Shown here in pieces: positions 13,686-26,659 of a stretch of DNA of 64,000 bases. A program made the position numbers and the translations under genes. The notes under the pieces are model-generated. The model searched no databases. It was not told where the DNA came from and saw only the letters and a list, made by a program, of their open reading frames with translations. The stretch is from the human T2T-CHM13v2.0 reference genome, Homo sapiens. Every line of letters starts with the position of its first letter. Position 1 is the stretch's first letter. The stretch lies in the NCBI RefSeq assembly GCF_009914755.1, contig NC_060929.1; one strand, 5' to 3'.

Positions 13686-14560
13686 CCTATGATTTTTAAA
13701 ACATATGATGTGTTTGTGTGTTTTAAATTTTAAGTGTTTTAACATGTTGAAGTCTATCTTATGCATATGCTAGCTCTTTCTGGGTGGGTCTTTGAAGACA
13801 TTTCCTAAAGTTATTTCTGATTCTAGTCAAGGGTCTAGAGGCAAAGCTGGGCACTAAGGTTGGATGTTGAAAAATATTTCCACCCCCTTCAAAGAGCTCT
13901 GTCTCAAATTATGTCATTATAGGTATTCAAGGAAGGGGTAGGTTGTCTTAGATGGCGGATGCAGGGGGGCTGCTGTTGCCAGTAAAGGAAGTTCAATGAG
14001 ATTTAGAGAGGCAAGACACTCACAGTCATTTGCGTCTACCCAAATATTCCCAGTACAATTCCCAGAGTTCCACATTTTGCCAAACAGTGACCTAGCTTTC
14101 ATATGAGACCTGGTGTGTCTATAAATCTAATTCATTATTTAACCTGAAGAATTCGATGTCGGCTCTATTTTTCAGATATATCAGCCCTCGCTGTAAAAAG
14201 GAATACTCCTTTAGGGTAATCACAGAAGTTCTATGGTTTTCTGACAACATCTTGAGCTGAAAATTGAAATCTCTGTTCTTGACATGCTCTTCCTGAAAGC
14301 TCTCCAATGCCGTTAGAATCAGCCATACCGCTTTTCTGTGAATGCATCACAGTCTACATATTATTGCATTGCAGAAGCTTCTTGATCTACTTAATTTAAG
14401 GCTGCTACAATATAATTAAAATAGTTGTTTGACATTGAATGCCTTGGAACATTAGTTTCTCATTTTCTGCCCTACAATGTTATGGGCACCTCTTTCCCCT
14501 CTAACTATTAAAGATGGACTCCCTTTTATCACCACTTTTGAAGGTCTTTTTTCCCTGAAT
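13480..14560 (-). mobile_element. ERVL / MaLR internal fragment with degenerate gag-like coding sequence
   Basis: ORFs 14119..14307 (NFQLKMLSENHRTSVITLKE) and 13917..14102 (MKARSLFGKMWNSGNCTGNIWVD) resemble ERVL gag 'NSQLK...KASM.ALKE' and 'VKVRALIGKEWDPETWNGDVWED'; boundaries approximate. Confidence 0.7.
13632..13684. repeat. Compound (TG)n(TA)n microsatellite
   Basis: Directly visible. Confidence 0.95.
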
Positions 14561-14986
14561 TATTTCTGACAGCAAATATAATGTTCCTGTGTGATCAGAA
14601 CAAAACTGTAAACATCTCTAGGTATTCCAAAGCAGGTGGAAGATAATAGAGATAATTAGGTGCTATAGATCCATTGGTAAGACTGAATAATCTAAGTTTG
14701 GGGAAACTGTCAATATCTCATTTTTGCTACCAAATTTTATTTTTATTCAGAGAGTCAAGAAAGTGCAGAGGCCATGGGAATGATCACTACAGTTTGCAGC
14801 CTAGAATCCGGTGATTTCCTAGGAACTATTAATAGGTTCCTGCAGGATTTTTTTGCAAAATTTGAATCCATCGAACTGCATATTGTTGTTACAGTAACAA
14901 AACCATCACTTCTGTCTGCCCTTTACTTTTCAATCTAATTTATGTGACTTCCATAGTAGATGATAAGCCAAACACCTGCCAGCAAA

Positions 14987-15006
14987 GTATTGTGGGAATT
15001 GTAGTT
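14987..15006 (-). promoter_or_regulatory. ZNF143/THAP11 (SBS)-like motif
   Basis: Minus strand reads AACTACAATTCCCACAATAC versus consensus AACTACAATTCCCAGAATGC. Confidence 0.45.
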
Positions 15007-15199
15007 CCCAGGTTTCCAGTCATCATGACATGGTGAACAAAGTGTCGTTTTTTGAGTTGCTGACAGACAACCTCAAATAGGGAGATTTTATATCTTTTAA
15101 TACAGGTGAAATTGCAAACGAAGACAATGAAATGTTAAAGCTTTGAACCCTTGTAAGCCAAAAAAAAAGGGGGGAATTCCAGTTGTAATTAACTTAAGG

Positions 15200-15650
15200 T
15201 TTGATCCTGGGACTCAAGTAATGTGATGAGGACCTCTCTTGGCTCTGTCTTCTGCTAGATGGCCTTCATTCTGAGGCTTTCTGTAGTGGCCCCAATAGCT
15301 CCAGGTCACATTATCCTAAATAGTCTCAGAATCAGCAAAAATAGAACATGCATCTATTGCAATAGTTCCGGCCAAATTCACAGTCAATCTCAGTGGCTTT
15401 AATTGGGTCATTAGCCTCTTTCTATACTATTCAATTTTACCAGGGTAATGCAATATTCTAGATTGTCAAACCTTTCCAGTATTCCCCCTTACCTCTCAAA
15501 TATTGGGAGATAAGGAGAGTGACAGTCAAAACACCTTCAACAAAAGTATGAAGTGAAGGTGAAGGGTCCAGGGAGATGCTATCTTATAGCATCTTATTAC
15601 AAAGGTAGAACCGGATATAAACTAGGAAGGAACAATAATGGATTCCAGTA
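15200..15650. mobile_element. Old MLT1 (K/L-like) LTR remnant
   Basis: 'ggccttcattctgaggct...aatagctccagg...aattgggtca...cagggtaatgcaatattct' resembles old MLT1 LTRs; highly diverged. Confidence 0.4.
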
Positions 15651-15989
15651 ACGGCTCCTTGGATGGAGTGAAAGAGAGCAAAACTTACCTCTTTTGCTCT
15701 TGCTTTTCCTTATGGCTATTTGACACTCCTTGAATTTTTGTCAATCATATATTTTAAAGGGGTAACTACCATCTTCTTAGAGCAGAAGAAACCCATCCAC
15801 TTGAGAGACAGATTAACATAGATAAGAATCCTGCATAAATTCCTACCATAAAGGGGATATTGATCATTTTTCAATAATATGATGTTCTTCTTTGAAAATA
15901 TCCATCACTTCCCCCTCATCCTTAAGTATTTTTTCCCTGATTTGGGAATGAAATCACAAGGAAGTGGGTTGAAACACCATCTTCCCAGT

Positions 15990-16185
15990 CAAATTGCCCG
16001 AGATGCATGGCACCTGCCACTATGTGACTCTGAAAAAAATACTCCATTTCTGTCAAATAAAGGTAAAAATTACATTACCCACATGGATTATAAGTGGGAT
16101 AAGTTATATCAATCATATAGTCTTTAACTCTTAATACATTGCCTGGCAATTGATAGATGCTCAGTAATGATTAGCTGTTGCTATT
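15990..16185 (+). mobile_element. MIR
   Basis: 'ctgccactatgtgac...tgcctggcaattgatagatgctcagtaatg'. Confidence 0.55.
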
Positions 16186-16479
16186 GTAACTCTTCATCAG
16201 CAACATCACACACAGCTATCTCTGTGATTATTGTAAGAGCATTTAACTAATGTAGTATAAAGATTCAGTAAACAGGTTGGTTAATTGAAGCCCCTCTTCT
16301 TGTAGTAATAGAGTCCTAACTCCCCTCAGGCTAAGAAATTTCCTTGTCTGATTGATCACTCTAATTTGATACCATTTCCCCCTTTTATTTTCTTCTGAAA
16401 TCATAGGAAAGAAAGTCCTTTTTAACTGGTTTTCTGAAGATATAATCATGAAATAACTGCTACATGTACACATAATCAC

Positions 16480-16640
16480 ACTTAATTTCTCACGACGCTA
16501 TGAGGCAGATACTTCAAGTACCTCTGTTTTCAAGTAGATAAATTTTGAACAACGAGAACTGGGTAGCAGGCCCAAGGTCACAGTTATTTGCAGTTGCAAC
16601 TTCAGAGTCTCAATTCCTACCTGCTACGTGATATAACTTC
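16480..16640 (-). mobile_element. Degraded MIR
   Basis: 'ctatgaggcagatact...gcccaaggtcacag'. Confidence 0.5.
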
Positions 16641-17206
16641 TCAGGGAACTGGTAGGATTACATTTCCAGACTCCTACCATTAAATCTCATTTTCTCCCAG
16701 AACCCAGAAACCTAGAACTAACTTTCTGTCTCTCGGCCACTTCCAAAACTTTTCCTAGTCTCATCCTTAACTTTGTAGACCGTTCTCAAATCTGGGAAGT
16801 TGATCTGTTTCTTCTTCTTCCAATCCTTCAAATTTTCTTGTTTTATTAGATTCCCTGTCCATTCTTCTCCCAGCCAAAGACTATGATCACTACAGTCTTA
16901 CTCTTATCTGTTTCCATTGTCCTCAAACATAACTTCTGTTTACCACACAAAGTGGCAACTATTAACACAATTAAGAACTATTCGTCACTTAGAAGAAATT
17001 GCTCTTTTATCGGACTTCTCTGTACATTTTAAAGAAATGGCTGAGAGTTGCATGTTACTATTATCTGTATGAGACATAGTCAGAACTTAAAAGTAGTAAA
17101 ATAAAAAAATTTTGAAAATTGTATTTCATAACTCAGTCTTGTCAATTAATTTAGATAGGCTTTTTCCCAATTAACTGAGTCATACTTAACTCTCTCAAGA
17201 GGTATT

Positions 17207-17210
<4 letters not shown>

Positions 17211-17248
<38 letters not shown>
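17211..17248. repeat. (CA)19 microsatellite
   Basis: Perfect dinucleotide run. Confidence 0.97.
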
Positions 17249-17252
<4 letters not shown>

Positions 17253-19739
17253 AACAGATTCCATAGAGATACAATTGCAATTGCTTCTCATGTTTTTATC
17301 TTTCTTCTGGCTACATGCCCCATCCTTCCATTTGAAAACTGTGAAACTGCAACAACAGATCTTCTGTAGCTAGGCAATGTTGATTTCATTCAACAAATTA
17401 ATTGGGAAAAGTCACCAACAATAAAGAAAATGGTACCCAATTATTTATGAAAGTTATTTCTCAAAAGCTATGTATTTTTTCTTCTTTAGCTACCTCTAGA
17501 ATTTCCTCCCAAAGGATGTACCTCAAATTAGTCAGCCCCAAAGGGTTAATACAAGCCTCCTCAAGCCACTCCTTTACCTGGCAAATTATATCACTCTTCA
17601 GCATGTGTCACTTGCACAACTTTTCAGCTCCTTCCCTCCTAAGGTAATAGGCCCAGAAGCTGGATGCTGCTGTGCTTCGGCACCTGTCATTTTGACATTT
17701 CATGCTTTCTTTAGAAAAGAGAAGTTGGTAGAATGTGAGAAAAGTAGAACTTTGACAGGTTGTCAGAATATCTTGCAGCACAAACCAACCTGCCAGCCAG
17801 CCTGTTTTCTGGTATATTTCAAAGTCTCCTAGCAAACGAACTGCAGTACTGACTGAAGAACTTCTTAAGTAGGAAGATTCCTTACTTTCTTCAAGATTGA
17901 AATTCAATAATTTTCACCTGAAATTGGTTTACATTTTAGGTGGCTTACTTAAAGTTGCATATCTAATAAAATATAACTTGGTAAGCCCAAATTGATAGAA
18001 ATATCTTAACTAATTGATTGTTTTTTCTTTCATTTAATCATAATGCTTTTTGATTCAGGGTGGACATCTGTGAGTACAGAACAGTTTCACAAAATGACCT
18101 TGAGTTTGCAACAATGAATAGTGTCTGATTCAAAAGTAAAAGGTGTTAGCATGCAGACAGTGGCAAGAGAGCAGGGAAAAATAGTCCAGGAGCCATGACT
18201 TTAAGAATACTATCAAGAAATGGAATAAGATCGTAAGATAGCTGTGATAGGCTATGGGAAATGGTCATCTGGACAAACGACCTGTATAAAATGTGCTGGT
18301 GAGAGCAAGATCTCTGACCAGCTCCTCTTCAATGGTGAATATATTTCTAAATACACACTGCAGCAGAAGGAAAAACAAAGAATATAGTACAATGGATGCA
18401 AAATATTGATTGGAAAAGTATCGTATTTCTTTTCTCTATACTTGATACTGAAATGAGCAAAAAGGAAAGAAGAAAATTTTATGTAACTCTCCTAGGATTC
18501 CTAGTACCATATTTTCGGAGGCAAGTCTAACTCTCCTAACTTTACTTATTTTAAATCCCCCTCCCTGTCATGAGTTAGTAACTATAAATAAGCATGTAGT
18601 TCATTCTAGTATGATGTATATGCCTTTTATGTATACTTTTAAAACAGCACTTTAAAAAGGAGAAAGTATTTGGTTTTGTTTAATTGAGATTTTATGCCCT
18701 TGGAGGAATAATTGCCAACAGTTAATGTTCATCTAACTTTTGTAATAAACCTTTAACCCATAACTATTTTTTGATGACACACGTTGCAAAAATCATTGCA
18801 TTATATTTCATATAGTTTCCATATGTATGACACAATGCACTCCTCTAGGTTTTATATCTCCTTTTCTACCCAAGACAAGGTTTAAGTGGCATAATAGCCT
18901 GCTCCCCATAGTCTGGCTTTTAAGGGACCCTTCTGGAAACCTAACTGTTACTGTCTAAATGGCCATGTTCAACACTGTGTGACTTTCCCAACACAATTGT
19001 CTAGAAAAAAGTGCTGGTTACTTGCCTCAGCCTAAACCATTCAATCCAAAGGCTAGCCAAAGATGTTAATACAAAAAAAAAAAAAAAAAAAAAGAAGCGT
19101 AATTGTAAAAAGGCCTTGAGTTGGAGTGGGCGCCATGCAAACCAAAACCAAATTTGTATGTGAAAGAGTGATAATGGCATAAGAGCTAAGGCAATTGACA
19201 ATTGACGGGGAGCTAGTTAGTTGGCAAATAGAAGGGTAGATGAAAGAAGAGATGCGTGGACAAAAAGTCTGCTCTCCAGGTCTGACAAATTTTAAGACAC
19301 ATTTATTCTTACAGCACATTTTTCCTGAAGCAACAAAACTGGATCTGTTTCTTAATATGAATAAACTCTTAATGATAATAGAAATCTAAGCAAATTTGAG
19401 CCTATTCATAAGTATCATCACCCTTTCCGTTTGAAGATTATGTTTCTGAAGATTCTGCTGTTCATGTGATGGCAAAATCTGGCACATTCCCTAAGTCTTT
19501 TCAGTCCTGTTTATATGTGTTAACCTTCTACCTGGACAGCCATTTTTCTTATTTCTTTTTTATTTTTGCATTAGCTATCGATTTTGCAGTTGGTCTGTTT
19601 AGGTTGGTGGTTATGCACTGTATTTTCTTTGTTAGGATAATTCATTCTGTCTCTTGTATCTATATAATTTTTCTTTTGTTTGTTACTTTTTTTCCTTAAT
19701 GAGCCATATATACATCGAAAAAAAAACAAAAACAAAAAC

Positions 19740-19945
19740 CTAGGCTATGATTCGCAGAACCCAGATTCTCAACCCTCTTACAAGTACGGAACTTGGGAAA
19801 AATCACTTCACTTTTCTGTGTGCTAGTTTTTCATCTATAAAACTGTAATAATATTACAGACTCAAAATTTTTATAAAATTTAAATGAAATTGTATTCATG
19901 AAACTTCCTAGCACAATACCTCAAATCTTGCAGATGTCTAATAAA
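19740..19945 (+). mobile_element. MIR
   Basis: 'aacttgggaaaaatcacttcacttttctgtgtgctagtttttcatctataaaa...cctagcacaatacct'. Confidence 0.65.
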
Positions 19946-21442
19946 AAGTCAGAAATTTAAATTTGAGAGATTTTAATCACTCTTTGAGGTGAATCCTCAG
20001 GGAAACTTTATTCCTCGTATTTCTGAGGGTATGCTGTGAACAAATATTAATTGAGCACCAATAATGAATTATTTACACTCATTTTTACTTTTAAATTCTC
20101 CTGTTAAGTTGCTGTCTCTTAAAAAGTGCTATTTCATAAGTGATGTTAATTAACTTACATTAAGCACTTCCTATGTGCTAGAAGCTCTAAAAATAAGGAG
20201 CTTTGCAAATATGGAAACTTGAGCAATGAATATTTCAGCAACTGACCCCACTGTGAGTAAATGGGAGGATCAAGATTCAAATTCTGGTGGGTTTGATTCA
20301 AGAACCTGCAACTCCACCTAGTCAGTTCTTTGCCTCTTTGTTATGCCACTCTGTATTTTACCCTTCCCCTACTCTCCAAACCGAGTCTTACTTTCCAAGT
20401 TGTTTGTTTTCCGGCAGGTACAATCCTATGTTTCATGTTATTTGGTGTTTTATGCATCTCTCTTTAAATAGACTCTGTAGAACTGGAGGGGAGGAGTTAT
20501 ATTTTGAATATGTACCTAATTCAGTAGTATACCAGTATCAAGGAATGTGACATATGCCTGGAATTATACATCAGTAGATATTTCTGGAGCATGTTGTTCT
20601 TAGAGGAGTAATGTGGTATAAGGTAGGAAAGTGTGATAAGGCCAATCAGGGAGAATGTTAAAGACGTCAAAGAAGCTCATTTTAGTAGAGTTTTAAATGT
20701 CCCTGCTCTATGTTTATTGTATTGTTGGGATAATAGGGTTGGAAAGTAAATGACTGCCTTGCTGCAGCAATTGGTATCCTGTTTTGTCTCTGTAGTCTAT
20801 CTCCACCCCCTGCTCCATTTCAGCCAGATGTGTATTTAGAGTCTTCCCAAGTCCTCTATAGCCTTGTCTCTGCTATTTGTCTCTATATATTCAGTAAATT
20901 TCTATGTCCCAAGTGGCTGTGTATGTGTGCATCAATGTGGGGTTCTTAGAGCAGAGTGAGGCTTAGATCATCTGAACCAACTATAAAAACAAGGCTTGGA
21001 AATTACACATGGCCCAAAACCAGGTAAAATGTAGGCAATTGTGATGTCTGGAGGTTTAGTCTGGTGTGTGAAAACTGGCAATGAATTTTTTCAGTTTTTA
21101 TCTCCATTGTGACACAGAAAGATTAGTAGGCCATGTAGAACCACTTAATCTGGTTCCACCAATAAAGAAAAGGAAAGTAGTCTTTAGTGAATAAGAGCGA
21201 ATGTAAGTTAGATAGTACAGCAGGGTCTCCAGCTACCTTAGAGGTTCAGAGAAGGGCAATGTTTGGGAAAGGATCTTAGAGAAGAGTAATCAGGTGAAAC
21301 TACAGAGTTACAGAGTCAAGGCAAGTGGACAAGAGCAATTCTGGAGTCTAATACAATATAGGATGCATTACTCATATGGGGCAACAAGAATGGAGGGGAT
21401 AATATATGAGAAATAGATGCTTTGTAAAGAAGGGATATGAGA

Positions 21443-21879
<437 letters not shown>

Positions 21880-22789
21880 TCAGATGGGATCACCAGTGAT
21901 GTAGCTTTGAGAATGTGAGGTACACAAATTCAAAAGAAAGTAGCATGACAGCCCACGTGGGAAAATCCAACTTGAGCTCCAAAAACATCTTGCAACCTCT
22001 AACATAGCTTTTATTAGAGGTAAACTTGGCTTTCTTTTCAGGTATTTATTTTTATTTTCATGAATCAAGCTGATAAAATCGTGAACAATTGTTTATTAAA
22101 TATTTCCAGCTACAAAATGCAGCTTTGGAAAAACTGCATATCTGTATTCTGCCATATCCTATGCCCATTATTAAATAAGATAATGAACTAGATTACAGAT
22201 TTGTCCAAAAGACTGGACACATGACCGATAGATAGATTCAAAATATTTTGAAGGGATTGAAATAATTATCAAATCAATTTTAACTTCACGATTCTATTAT
22301 CACAGCATTGAAAAGGTGAAGATTCTGATTTGATATCCCAGTCCTGCAAGCCATCACCCTCCTCACCACACCAAGCACAAGCCTGATAGGCCCTTCCACT
22401 TGTTACTTCATTTCCACAGGATCTATAACTCCCACCTATTCTTTCTCTCTTTCTTCTGAGACAAATGGTAGATCTTTGACTTAGTTTAAGAGTCACTTTG
22501 GCCAAATCGTACAAAATCTTTTACTTTCATTTAAAATCTTTGTATCTCATTGTGGCTATTTGCTCCAGCACAAAAAGTAAAACAAACAAACAAAAACCCA
22601 TCTATTTCCCAAACTTTCTTTGGCTCTTTAGTCCTTCCTAGCAACACATCTTTCATCCATATTTTCTCATTGTATGAAGCTTACTTGTTCCTATTCCTGT
22701 ATTTTCCAGGAGGAAGAGAGCAGGGATGGGAGGTGATCTTTTGGGAATCATTCTGTTATACCTAAAGAAAGACTTGCCAAATAAATTCT

Positions 22790-23100
22790 TTTCTCAGAAA
22801 ACTGCAGTCCTCAAATCAATTATCACCTTCTCAGACCTCCTAGATGATTTTACCCTGTATTATAATTATTATATTTGTCTTTCAAACTAACTTTGAACTT
22901 CTGAAGAGTTCAAAGCTAGTTTTATATATATATATATATACGTACACACACACACACATATGACTAGCTCTCACTATATATAGAATTAATATATATAAAT
23001 ATATATTAATATACTACAATATATTATTAATATTTTATCACTTGACACCATATTTGGCACCATGATGAGCACCCAACTAAATCTAATAGAATGAATGAAT
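22790..23100 (+). mobile_element. L2 3' end remnant with embedded (TA)n(CA)n and AT-rich repeat
   Basis: Ends 'tttggcac...aatgaatgaat', the typical L2 tail. Confidence 0.45.
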
Positions 23101-24689
23101 TGTGTTTTGGCCTAAAGGGCTTATTCAGTTCCTGTGTGGCCTTCTGTTGCTGACTCAAGGAGATGCTGAGATATTTCTGGATGTTGTCTCTACTTCTTTC
23201 AAATCTTGTTCCTTGTATCCCTGGTTTCACCTCTTTATCATCGTCATTCTAGCTCACCTCCTTCTGCCTTCATCCAATCTGTCAATTTTATCTAGACTCC
23301 AATAGGCAGAAAGAATTTGTTCTATCAGGACTGATACTTCTCTTTGTCATTTTGCCTTTCATGTAAACGTCTGCTTTTGGAACTCAGAAGTCAAAACTTT
23401 GACTCCTCATTTCTTTGGGTTCATTGCCTGGTAATGGGTTCCAGTTGGTGAATTTCTTAGAAAGGAACAGGTCTCTAGGTGCCAGGGAATGGAGAGTATA
23501 GGAAGGGAGGTGAGGGATAAAAATACATATGAAACCACTATATCATGATTGAATGAATGAAAATTTTCTACAATTATAAAAATAAGAATGTATATTACAC
23601 TGTTAAAGGGTTTATTTACATAAAGTCTTTGAAAATGTATTAGATATTGTGGCTAAATAAATTATCCAGACTTCAGTTTCGAATCTCCATCCAAGTTCAT
23701 TGCAAAGTTTGGTAATCTATAAAAGAAAAAAAATAAAAGATTCAGCCGTCTGGTGACTGTGCCTGGGTTTCCTGCCCTTCATTTGTTCATAGTGTCCTTT
23801 TCCACATCTTTCGGTGCCTTCAACTGGGTTATCTTCAGGGCAGGGAGCCCTCAGTGGTGGAATTTCTCCTGGTATCAGAGCTTGACTACAGACCTCCTAT
23901 AGGAGAGATCAAGCTACCTTTCACCTGCGAAATGTGTTTGTTCCAGTCTGTGAGGGCTGAAGTCTCTGTGATGGGGACATCATTAAAAAGCACAGGGAAG
24001 TTAGAGTCAACTTTGGAGGCACTCATAGTAAGTCAAAATAGTTTTCTGTTAATAAAGTTCATTTTATTCTGAAGGATTCTAGTGACCAAGCAAACGGCAT
24101 GGACTTAGCAACAGTAAAATGTTGGTATCTGAAGTAGTCCACCCTACCACATTAGGGAAGGAGGAAATTTAGGCCAAGGACACAGGGTGGCCCCTATTCC
24201 TCTATAGTGCTATGTAGTCTTTAATGTTCATACAGAATTTGCTTTCTAAGGCATTATCTGAAAGACACACACATTCTAAACTGTGCAACATTCAATTTAT
24301 CTACCTTGGAAGGATGAATGGTCGAGTGAGTCCTGCTGAGATCTGAGCCTCTGCATCCAGGGTTCTAAGTGTTTGAACCAGCTGCTGAGCTCACTAAGCC
24401 ATCTCCACCTTCCAACAGGACAGCTTCTCTGCAAAGGAGTTTAACTTCACCAATGATTTTCCCTTCCACCCATGTAATTTTCCAGAAATTAAGCAGTAGT
24501 CACAAGAAAAACATAAGTAAGATAACCACCTCAGAATTTTCTGTAGATCAAAGTACTATTAAAATGTGTGTGCTACTTGCAGAAACATGACAGAGGCCAT
24601 GGAAGGGAGCTCAGGACTAAGTTAACGCCACTGATTTTATTTACAGATGAGGGGATGGAGGCTCAGGTTATTTGTCAATGCCCAAATGG

Positions 24690-25320
24690 AAGTCTTGTTG
24701 ATTCTACCTCAAAACGCACCCAAATCTGTCCACTTTTCTCCATTTCTATTGCCCGCAGCATAATGCAAGCCACAAAGGTTATCTCAGTAAATTAAATTTC
24801 CTTGATTGTTTGCCTCCTCTTTTTCAAACCTCATGATTTTTTTTTTCTATTTCGTTTAGAATAAAATCCAGATTCCTTTACATGCCCTCCCAGCTCCTAT
24901 GTCACCTGTTCCCAGCCTGTTTTTCTGACTGTATCTTCTGTTGCCCTCTCTACCCATTCTAATTGAACCACCACCTGTTTCTCATGTGTCTCAAACTCAC
25001 TAAGCTTGTCTCCACTGCAAGGCCCAATCACTAGTGAATCCTTCTTTCTAGAAAATGCTCATCCCAATACTAAAAGACTTACAGTTTCTTCTCATCAAGT
25101 TCAGGTTCAATTCTTGCCTCCTCCAAGGACCCTTTCCTAACTGTCCTATTGAATGCTATCTCTTCCCATTTCCTGTTAATTTTATCACACAATCTTGTTT
25201 GTTTGCTTGTTACTATTGGTCCTCTCTGGATATATTTTGTTTTCTTGCTTAGTGTCAGCCTTACTCATTAATATAAAATTTTCATATAAAGAGAAACTCC
25301 ACCTTTCTCATTCAGCGCTA
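24690..25320 (+). mobile_element. L2 LINE fragment
   Basis: 'gattctacctcaaaa...tgtccacttttctccatttctattgcc', 'tagaataaaatccagattccttt' typical of the L2 3' region. Confidence 0.7.
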
Positions 25321-26617
25321 TATACAAAAAATTGTATGCAATACAATTTTTCACTATGAATTTTTAGTGAACAAAAAAAGTTAAAAAAAACTTGTATACT
25401 TAACAGTGCTCTGGATGTTTACTTGTATGTGTGTATGAATGTATGTGTGTTTTGTAAAAACAAACATACAGAGAACATATTAAAAAACCACATCAACATT
25501 TTGATCTACATTTGGAGTAATTATTTTCTGTCCCTGTATTGATTTAATTTTCAACAGTAAGAATATATTACTTCTGCTGTGAAAAGTTCTTTTAGGTTTA
25601 AAAAGTTATTTTAAGCATAATCAAATTGGCTTTGAGCAAGTCACAGTGTTCATGGGATTATGCAATGGTTTTGCCAAAACGCTTAAGGTATAATAGTCTC
25701 TTCACCTGTTTGGTCGCTTACCATGCATTTCAGGAAAAAAACTTTCTTCAAGAGATGGAGAGCATGATTAACATGACTGCTAAAAGTCTCCAGATTTACA
25801 TTTTCCTACTTAAAATGGAAATTGAAACTAAAATTGAGATGAAAAGGGAAATCTTTTCTTTATTAACTGCAAGACCCCTGCAAATCTGGAAATGGGTCTG
25901 GTTGGGCAGGCCTGGGTTGTGTATCCATCTCCGAGTAAATCATGGTACCCTTTTCAGGGCCACATGCCCATCTCTAGGTGAGGGCTGCTGTGTATATTAC
26001 CAGAAACAAAAGAAAAACTATAGCCAACAAATCTGTAACTAACTTAAACTACTTCTATAATTTTTTAGTCACTTTGTATAAAGAGATTCCCTGGGGTTGC
26101 TTTTGTTTTCCAACAAGGATAGAAATTAGAAAAATCGGTTATGTCTCCTGGAGTAGAAATTTTCTATAAAATTTGGAGAGGTCCCTAAACTCTCTGAAGG
26201 TTCTCCATGGATCCCCTAGGTGGGATTTTATAGGTTCATAAGGTTGAATCTTTAGATCCAACTTAAAAATAGGCACAACATTCAGAGACATGAAAATCAA
26301 TATATCAACCTTATGATTGATAAGACTAGAAGCCTGAAGCTGAAGGATGTGGCCTAGGTGTGAATTCATATGGGCATGATAATTTTCCCCTGTATTAGAC
26401 TTAGCTACCCAGCCCTTCACAGGCTGCAACCTCGGGTTCCCTTGTCAGCATGACAGTCTGTCCTGCCAAGGGTCCTCAAAGGTCAGAGACAAATAAGAAC
26501 ATGTGGTCTTTGCATCAAACATCTCTGAAAAGAGAACTCAGAATGGACTGAGACTGTCATGACCAATTTGTACTTCCAGGCAGAAAGTTTACAATCAGAA
26601 AAATAATTTCAAGTTTG

Positions 26618-26659
26618 GTGTGTGTGTTTGTGCGTGCACGCGTGCGTGTGTGTGTGTGT
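26618..26659. repeat. (TG)n/(CG)-mixed alternating purine-pyrimidine tract
   Basis: gtgtgtgtgtttgtgcgtgcacgcgtgcgtgtgtgtgtgtgt. Confidence 0.9.

Noticed and set aside
25626-26042. 138-aa ORF
   Set aside because: TTG start, no recognisable homology, no convincing flanking splice pair; compatible with chance.
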